DNA of 54,812 nucleotides from Candidatus Saccharimonadales bacterium (GTDB lineage: Bacteria > Patescibacteriota > Saccharimonadia > QS-5-54-17): positions 1 through 54,812 of the forward strand of contig JBBDOS010000011.1 of the NCBI GenBank assembly GCA_040876925.1, read 5' to 3'. The position numbers and the translations under genes are program-made. Numbering within the stretch: position 1 is the stretch's first letter; every line of letters starts with the position of its first letter. Positions 48,764 to 54,812 of this stretch are shown in pieces. The notes beneath the pieces are model-generated. The model made no database searches. It saw only the letters and a program-made list of their open reading frames with translations, and was not told where the DNA came from.

Positions 48764-49861
48764 ATGGCTAAGGTGAATGTGTTAGGAATTGAAACTAGTT
48801 GTGATGAGACAGCTGCTGCTGTAGTTAAGGATGGTGACACCCTGCTAAGCAATGTCATTGTTAGTCAGATAGATATCCACCGCGAATTTGGCGGCGTAGT
48901 TCCAGAAGTGGCTGCTAGAAGCCATATTGAAGCTATATTACCGGTTATTAATAAGGCTCTAGAAGATGCTTTTGGCAAAGAGAGCGACCCATGGAGTCAG
49001 ATAGATGCTATCGGAGTAACTCATGGACCGGGATTACAGGGTAGCCTATTAATTGGCACGCTAACGGCTAAAACTTTGGCTTTGATTAAGGATAAACCGC
49101 TTTATCCGATTCATCATGTTGAGGGTCATACCTATGCCAACTTTATTACCAAAGCAGGATCTAGTAATACCCTTAGTGATATTGCTGGCTCACTACCTGA
49201 GACTAAGCCTGAACTCCCCTTTTTGTCCTTAACTGTATCTGGAGGTCACTCCCAGCTAGTACTCTTTAAAGATCACGGTAATTATGAGCTACTCGGACAG
49301 ACTCAGGATGATGCTGTCGGTGAAGCTTTCGATAAGGTGGCTAAAATGCTAGGTCTAGGATACCCCGGTGGCCCAGCTATAGCTAAAATTGCCGAGCAAG
49401 GAGACGAGAGAGCCTACAATTTTCCTATTAGTAGATTAGATAATCAGTATGATTTTAGTTTCTCAGGTCTTAAAACCGCTGTCTTAAGGCACTTACAAGC
49501 ACTAATCAATCAAGACTACAACTTCCCTTCACACCAGATAGCTAAAGAACTAACTGAGCAGCAAATAGCTGATACAGCTGCTAGTTTTGAATATGTGGCT
49601 GTTAAGACTTTGGTTGATAAGACTATGCTAGCTTATTCTGATATAAAGCCAAAAAGTGTGGTTATAGCTGGAGGTGTAGCTGCTAATAAACAGCTCCGTA
49701 AACAGTTGCAGGAGTCTTTACCGATAGCTATTGAGTATGCTCCGCCGATACTATGCACCGATAACGCCGCTATGATAGCCGCGCTGACATATTATAGGTC
49801 TACTATTGATCAGCCTATAGACCCTATGGAGCTAGAGACTCACCCTAGTTTATCTATGTAA
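48764..49861 (+). CDS. tsaD: tRNA N6-adenosine threonylcarbamoyltransferase
   Basis: LGIETSCDET, GGVVPEVAAR.H, HHVEGH, SGGHS, DDAVGEAFDK, CTDNAAMIA. Confidence 0.98.
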   Translation: MAKVNVLGIETSCDETAAAVVKDGDTLLSNVIVSQIDIHREFGGVVPEVAARSHIEAILPVINKALEDAFGKESDPWSQIDAIGVTHGPGLQGSLLIGTLTAKTLALIKDKPLYPIHHVEGHTYANFITKAGSSNTLSDIAGSLPETKPELPFLSLTVSGGHSQLVLFKDHGNYELLGQTQDDAVGEAFDKVAKMLGLGYPGGPAIAKIAEQGDERAYNFPISRLDNQYDFSFSGLKTAVLRHLQALINQDYNFPSHQIAKELTEQQIADTAASFEYVAVKTLVDKTMLAYSDIKPKSVVIAGGVAANKQLRKQLQESLPIAIEYAPPILCTDNAAMIAALTYYRSTIDQPIDPMELETHPSLSM

Positions 49862-49916
49862 TATCACGTGATATAAATACAGCTTTGCACCACTCAGATG
49901 TTTCCTGTCATATCTG

Positions 49917-49954
49917 TTATTAACTTATATCATATGGATTATATAAGTTAATAA
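49917..49954. repeat. 14-bp perfect inverted repeat
   Basis: TTATTAACTTATAT-N10-ATATAAGTTAATAA. Confidence 0.85.
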
Positions 49955-50110
49955 ATCTATATAAGCAGTTAAGTACTAACTTAGAATAGATGCAGATTCC
50001 TATAAAGAATTAGGGTGTCTAATAGTTTAAGTGTCCTTAAGAATATACCTAGGATCAGTAATAGATTAGATTCTAATTATTAAACTTTTGTCTTTTAGTT
50101 TATAACTACC

Positions 50111-50151
50111 AAAAAATACAACCCCGAACTTATTTGGATTCGAGGTTGTAT
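50111..50151 (-). terminator. Intrinsic terminator
   Basis: UACAACCUCGAA-loop-UUCGGGGUUGUA-UUUUUU. Confidence 0.75.
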
Positions 50152-50291
50152 AGCCATGCAAAAACACGTTTCATATGAAACGTTGCACACAAGAATAACT
50201 ACGGAATATTGATCCCGCGCAATTCAAATCTCCAGTACCGATATTTATTTTTGTGCTTTAGGTGCTCCCTAAGCAACGGTTTTTGTTTTAT
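50111..50291 (-). ncRNA. Candidate structured small RNA (~180 nt), family unknown
   Basis: Promoter TTGACT..TGcTAAAAT (50298-50324), nested stems, intrinsic terminator with U-tract at 50111-50151; G-U pairs favour the minus strand. Confidence 0.5.
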
Positions 50292-50378
50292 GTCTCTATT
50301 TTAGCATAAAAGCTACCAAGTCAATAGCCCCTAGGCCCAATAGGGGTGATATCTCGGTTATTTACCTTATAATCTCAC

Positions 50379-50416
50379 CACGTGATAGAATATAATCTTT
50401 ATTCTATCACGTGATA
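50379..50416. repeat. 14-bp inverted repeat built from two CACGTGATA sites
   Basis: CACGTGATAGAATA-N7-TATTCTATCACGTG; a third site ATATCACGTGATAT lies at 49861-49874. Confidence 0.85.
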
Positions 50417-50478
50417 TAGACTATATATAAGAGATGGTAGAAGATTAGACTAATTTAACCTATAATACTAAAGATATT

Positions 50479-53031
50479 ATGAAGTTAGATAAGAGCTATC
50501 AACCAAATAAATACGAAGGTGACATCTATAAACTCTGGGAAGAATCAGGGGCCTTTACTCCTCAAGGAAATGCCCTCAAAGAACCCTTTACTATCATCAT
50601 GCCGCCACCAAACGCTAATGGCAGCTTGCATGCTGGTCATTTAATGTTCGTGGTTGAGGATATCTTGAGCCGCTATCACCGCATGCAGGGTCGACCGACT
50701 TTATGGTTACCAGGCACTGATCATGCTGGTATAGAGACTCAGGTAGTCTATGAGAAGAAACTAGCTGAAGAGGGCAAGGATAGGTTTGATTTAGGTAGAG
50801 ACGAGTTTTACAAACAAGTCATGGGCTTTACCTTAAGTTCACAAAGCACTATCTTAGATCAAATGCGCACTATGGGCTTTAGCGCCGACTGGTCAAAGCT
50901 CAAATTTACGCTTGATAAAGACATAACTGGCACAGTATATGAAACGTTTAAGCAGCTACATGAGGACGGGTATATCTACCGTGGCAATAGGATAGTCAAC
51001 TGGTGCAGTCGTTGCCAAGCAGCTTTTGCAGATATCGAACTAGATAGGCAGGAACGCAAAGACCAACTAGTAACTATCAATTATGGCCCGTTGCAGATAG
51101 CTACTGTCAGGCCCGAAACTATCTTTGCTGATGTGGCTGTAGCCGTGCATCCTGAGGATGAGCGCTACAAGCACCTCATTGGCCAGCAAGTTATTGTACC
51201 GATTATAGATAAGCAGATACCGATTATTGCCGATAAGTACGTTCAGCCAGAATTCGGCACCGGAGCCTTAAAGGTTACCCCGGGACATGACCCTAACGAC
51301 TACGAGATAGGTTTGAGACATAACCTGCCTGAAATCAGCGTTATAGATCCTGACGGTAAGTTGATTAACGTTCCTGAAGAGTTTGCTGGACTGAGTGTGG
51401 AAGAGGGTAGAGCAGCTATTATCACAGCTCTGGAAGAAGCCGGTAAGTTAGTAAAATCTGAAGCGTACGAACACGTTGTATCTATCCATGACCGCTGTGG
51501 CTGCACCATAGAGCCGTTAATATCTGAGCAGTGGTTCTTGCGCATCAAAGACCTAAACCAGAACGTCATAGAAGCCATAGAGTCAGATAAAGTCCAGTTC
51601 CATCCTAAGAAGTTTAAAAAGGTAGCTCTAGACTGGCTCAAACAAGAGCATGATTGGTGTATATCCAGACAAATCTGGTGGGGTATACGTATACCGATTT
51701 ACTACAAAACCTCCAACGATCCCGATAAAGACTCCTACACCATTACTGATGATGAGCAGGAAGCTATAGAGTATTACGGAGAGGGTAATTACCGCGCCGA
51801 AGAAGATACTTTCGATACTTGGTTTTCATCCGGACAGTGGCCCTATGCTACTTTAATGGCGACTGGAGATTTTGACAGCTTCTATCCGACAACGGTTATG
51901 GGTACAGCTAGAGATATCTTGCACAAATGGGTAACTCGCATGATTATGTTTGGGTTGTATAAGACTGAGGAAGTACCGTTTGAACATGTCTATCTATGGG
52001 GTATGGTAACTGATGAAAAAGGTCAAAAACTATCCAAATCTAAGGGTAACTATGGTGATCCTATGGAGATTACAGCCAAATATGGTACTGATGCTCTGCG
52101 TCTAGCTCTATCCGCTTCTAATACCCCGGGTAGTAATAGCGCTTTAACAGAAAAACAGGTGGAGGCGATGCGCAATTTCAACAATAAACTCTGGAATGTA
52201 GCTAGGTTCATACTGGATAAGGTTGATGATAGTTATCAGCCAGCTAAACCTACAGCTAATAACTTGGCTGATGAATGGATACTGGCTAAGCTCAACCAAG
52301 CCACTGATGATGTTACTAGATTAATTGATGAGTATAGGTTCAATGAAGCTACCCAATACATCTACCATTTACTGTGGGATGATTTTGCCGACTGGTATCT
52401 AGAAAGTTCTAAAGTTGAGCCCAACCAAGACTTACTAATTCATGGGCTAGAAACTATTCTAAAACTACTCCATCCTTTTGCTCCATTTATCAGCGAAGCT
52501 ATTTGGCAACAGCTCAAATGGCAAGATAATAACCTGATCATATCTACCTGGCCAGTAGCTGAAGAGTTAGGTAAAAAAGAGCAGGTAGCTATTAATGAAT
52601 TTGAAAAACTACAAAACATTATCACTGAAATCCGCGCCATAGGCACTGATATAGATTTATCAGATGCTAGTTTGTACCACCGGCAAAGTCAACTACTAGA
52701 AGATAGCTCCGAATTAGTAGTTAAGTTAGCTGGTGTAGATTCATGCCAGAGCGTTAGTGACGGCAGAGGGCTACCCATACCAGGCACTACTATAGACTCC
52801 TGGTTAGATGTAGATGAGAGAACTATTAATAAATACCAGCAGACTTTAGAAAATAGGCTAGAGGAAGTTAACAGCCGGGTAAATACCTTAAAGGCTAAGC
52901 TAGATAATAAGGCCTATACACACAACGCACCCAAGGCAGTGGTTGATGAGACTAAGAATATGCACAAAGAGGCTCTGGAGGCCTCTGAAACACTCTCAGA
53001 AGCATTGAAAAGACTGGAGAAAGCTAGATAA
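50479..53031 (+). CDS. valS: Valine--tRNA ligase
   Basis: PPPNANGSLHAGH, PGTDHAGI.TQ, DWCISRQIWWG, DTWFSS, KLSKS, C-terminal coiled-coil arm. Confidence 0.98.
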   Translation: MKLDKSYQPNKYEGDIYKLWEESGAFTPQGNALKEPFTIIMPPPNANGSLHAGHLMFVVEDILSRYHRMQGRPTLWLPGTDHAGIETQVVYEKKLAEEGKDRFDLGRDEFYKQVMGFTLSSQSTILDQMRTMGFSADWSKLKFTLDKDITGTVYETFKQLHEDGYIYRGNRIVNWCSRCQAAFADIELDRQERKDQLVTINYGPLQIATVRPETIFADVAVAVHPEDERYKHLIGQQVIVPIIDKQIPIIADKYVQPEFGTGALKVTPGHDPNDYEIGLRHNLPEISVIDPDGKLINVPEEFAGLSVEEGRAAIITALEEAGKLVKSEAYEHVVSIHDRCGCTIEPLISEQWFLRIKDLNQNVIEAIESDKVQFHPKKFKKVALDWLKQEHDWCISRQIWWGIRIPIYYKTSNDPDKDSYTITDDEQEAIEYYGEGNYRAEEDTFDTWFSSGQWPYATLMATGDFDSFYPTTVMGTARDILHKWVTRMIMFGLYKTEEVPFEHVYLWGMVTDEKGQKLSKSKGNYGDPMEITAKYGTDALRLALSASNTPGSNSALTEKQVEAMRNFNNKLWNVARFILDKVDDSYQPAKPTANNLADEWILAKLNQATDDVTRLIDEYRFNEATQYIYHLLWDDFADWYLESSKVEPNQDLLIHGLETILKLLHPFAPFISEAIWQQLKWQDNNLIISTWPVAEELGKKEQVAINEFEKLQNIITEIRAIGTDIDLSDASLYHRQSQLLEDSSELVVKLAGVDSCQSVSDGRGLPIPGTTIDSWLDVDERTINKYQQTLENRLEEVNSRVNTLKAKLDNKAYTHNAPKAVVDETKNMHKEALEASETLSEALKRLEKAR

Positions 53032-53042
53032 GGGTTTCTTCT

Positions 53043-53876
53043 CTAGCTAAAATACTTAGCTATCAACTGCTTAATTGATTTTTGCGGATCATACTCATCA
53101 AACCACTCTGCTTGCCAACCAAATCTCTCGGCTGCTCTGACATTAACCTTGGAATCATCAATAAATAGTATGGCTGCTGACTCAACTCTAGCTGCCTGAG
53201 TAGCTATCTCAAACATTTCGTGCTCAGGCTTCATATGGCCAATATCACAAGACTTAATGATTGTTTTGTATTTAGCTTTAGGTACTAATTCTAGCTGCAC
53301 AAAATTCTCAAAGTAGCCTTTGGCGATGTTGCTAATTAAGCCAACAGGGTAATGGTTGGTCAGCTCTTTTAGAAAGTTATGAGCTGGCAGTATCGGGCGC
53401 ATATCTGCTAGCCACGACTTCATCGCTTCTTCACCGGCCTTATCCTTCATATTTAGCTTCAACTTTAACGCCACTAGTAGTTTGAAATCTTCATCAGTCA
53501 TATTGCCTTTAGCTAAAGCTTGCTCATTCTCATAGAACAGCTTTAAAACCTGGTTGTATGGCCTATCAATTCTTTCTGCATAAGCATGCACGCTAGGTAG
53601 CCAGTGGATTAACACCCCGCCAATATCAAAGTAGATAAATTTAATGTCACTATTCTTCTTGATATTAATTGGCGCAGCAGACAATAGATCACTAAGCATG
53701 CAGCCTATAGCATCAGCTAGGCTTTGGGTGGCACCTACAGAGGGGGAGGGGATAATGCCCTGTTCTAGTTTTGTCAGAGTTGAGTAAGCCACTCCAGAGC
53801 GTTTAGCTAGCTCTTTCTGAGTTAGATTAGCGCTTTGACGTTCTCGCTTCAGCGCAGCAGGATCTAATCCAGCCAT
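53043..53876 (-). CDS. XRE-family helix-turn-helix fused to HAD-family phosphatase
   Basis: LTQKELAKRSGV..STL.KLEQG HTH; FDIGGVL, ISN, KP, FIDD...NV.AA...G. Confidence 0.88.
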   Translation of the reverse strand: MAGLDPAALKRERQSANLTQKELAKRSGVAYSTLTKLEQGIIPSPSVGATQSLADAIGCMLSDLLSAAPINIKKNSDIKFIYFDIGGVLIHWLPSVHAYAERIDRPYNQVLKLFYENEQALAKGNMTDEDFKLLVALKLKLNMKDKAGEEAMKSWLADMRPILPAHNFLKELTNHYPVGLISNIAKGYFENFVQLELVPKAKYKTIIKSCDIGHMKPEHEMFEIATQAARVESAAILFIDDSKVNVRAAERFGWQAEWFDEYDPQKSIKQLIAKYFS

Positions 53877-53882
53877 AAGCTA

Positions 53883-54317
53883 TTAGCCTACCAGCTTATT
53901 CTTCATAGCCTCTAGATACTTGGTCTCTACTGGATCGGAGTGTCTCATAGATATCGCTCCTGGCTCATCCATAGGGATAACATGGACATGGACGTGCAGC
54001 ACATCAAAGCCATATATAACGGTGCCGATGCGAGCTGGTTCTAGCTTGTCTTTAAGGATCTTGGCCACCTTATAGACAGTATCCATAGTGGCCTGGTAGG
54101 TCTTCTTATCTAGATCCTGAAATTGATCTACTTCTTTTTTAGGAACCACTAATGTATGGCCGGGACTAACTGGGCGAATATCTAAAAAAGCGATAGTTAG
54201 ATCATCTTCATAGATAACCTGAGCTGGTATTTCTTTATTAATAATTTGAGTAAATATAGAAGCCATGGGTTTCATTATAGCAACTAGATAAGCTTTGTGC
54301 AGAATGAATAAGTTCAC
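53883..54317 (-). CDS. HIT family nucleotide hydrolase; likely start ATG 54266
   Basis: SIFT.II..EIP, AFLDI.P..PGHTLVVPK, HVHVHVIP. Confidence 0.93.
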   Translation of the reverse strand: MNLFILHKAYLVAIMKPMASIFTQIINKEIPAQVIYEDDLTIAFLDIRPVSPGHTLVVPKKEVDQFQDLDKKTYQATMDTVYKVAKILKDKLEPARIGTVIYGFDVLHVHVHVIPMDEPGAISMRHSDPVETKYLEAMKNKLVG

Positions 54318-54397
54318 TCAAGTAGTCACGGTTGACTTAAATGGGTAAAGTGTTGTATATCTATAACATATATTAAGCATAAGCAGAGGGTAAAAAT

Positions 54398-54799
54398 ATG
54401 AATCCTGAGGAAGAAAACAACCCAGGCCAACAGCCACAAAACAATCAACAACCAACTACACCACCAGCCGGTAGCGATGGTTCACAAGTAGGTGGTGCAG
54501 CCTTTGAGCCAGCTCAGGCTCAACCAGTACCAGAGTCTCAGCCACAACCAACTGGCGAAAGTAAGTCTTCTCCAGCAGCAGGTGACGGGGGAGAAAAACC
54601 AGCTACTCTAGCTTTAGTAGTAGGTGCAGTAGGTTTAGTAGCTTGGATCTGGAACGCATGGGTAGGTCTAGCAGTAGCTATTGTAGCTTTAGCGCTATCA
54701 TTCATGGCTAAGAAAGAAGACCAGAAACTAGCTCAAGTAGCCTTGCTAGTAGCTGTTGTAGCTCTCATAGCTTCTGTAGTAGCTTTCTTTATGGGTTAA
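54398..54799 (+). CDS. Hypothetical membrane protein with Gln/Pro-rich disordered N-terminus
   Basis: Low-complexity N-terminal half, 2-3 C-terminal TM helices; upstream TTGACT promoter-like sequence. Confidence 0.75.
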   Translation: MNPEEENNPGQQPQNNQQPTTPPAGSDGSQVGGAAFEPAQAQPVPESQPQPTGESKSSPAAGDGGEKPATLALVVGAVGLVAWIWNAWVGLAVAIVALALSFMAKKEDQKLAQVALLVAVVALIASVVAFFMG

Positions 54800-54812
54800 T
54801 TTAAGACAAAGA

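Noticed and set aside
49862-50478. T-box riboswitch upstream of valS
   Set aside because: No T-box AGGTGGNACCGCG motif on the + strand; the terminator and G-U pairs point to the minus strand; valS has its own proximal TATAAT
49862-50478. oriC or dif site
   Set aside because: No TTATCCACA DnaA-box array and no convincing XerC/XerD 11-6-11 site; no dnaA nearby; no clear switch in gene-strand bias

Overview
A 54.8-kb, AT-rich, gene-dense chromosomal segment in the standard genetic code (TGA is used as a stop). Gene content, short protein variants and gene order point to a Patescibacteria/CPR bacterium, most likely Saccharimonadia-like; this is an inference, not a database result. Most of it is housekeeping: ychF, tlyA, efp, rpsF-ssb-rpsR, ftsK, rnj, udg, pnp, rpsO, truB, rpsT, holA, mutM, polA, dnaG-rpoD, CIRCE-groES-groEL, pgi/pmi, PMM/PGM, murE, tsaD, valS and tRNA-Ser(GGA). 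I see no transposase, integrase, prophage, CRISPR array or rRNA. Best leads: (1) a putative DNA-uptake operon with a membrane-anchored HNH nuclease, a ComEC lacking its nuclease domain, and a double lamin-tail surface protein carrying four Cys-paired NPETxRC repeats; (2) a 617-bp tsaD-valS spacer packed with inverted repeats, parS-like CACGTG palindromes and a candidate ~180-nt structured RNA with its own promoter and terminator; (3) a membrane redox cluster with a degenerate CuA-type cupredoxin, a DoxX protein and an FAD oxidoreductase; (4) proteins that have lost their metal ligands (pseudo-DHH, Cys-free UDG); (5) pervasive leaderless-type promoters and apparent CTAG enrichment; (6) an orphan-gene island at 43.6-47.3 kb.
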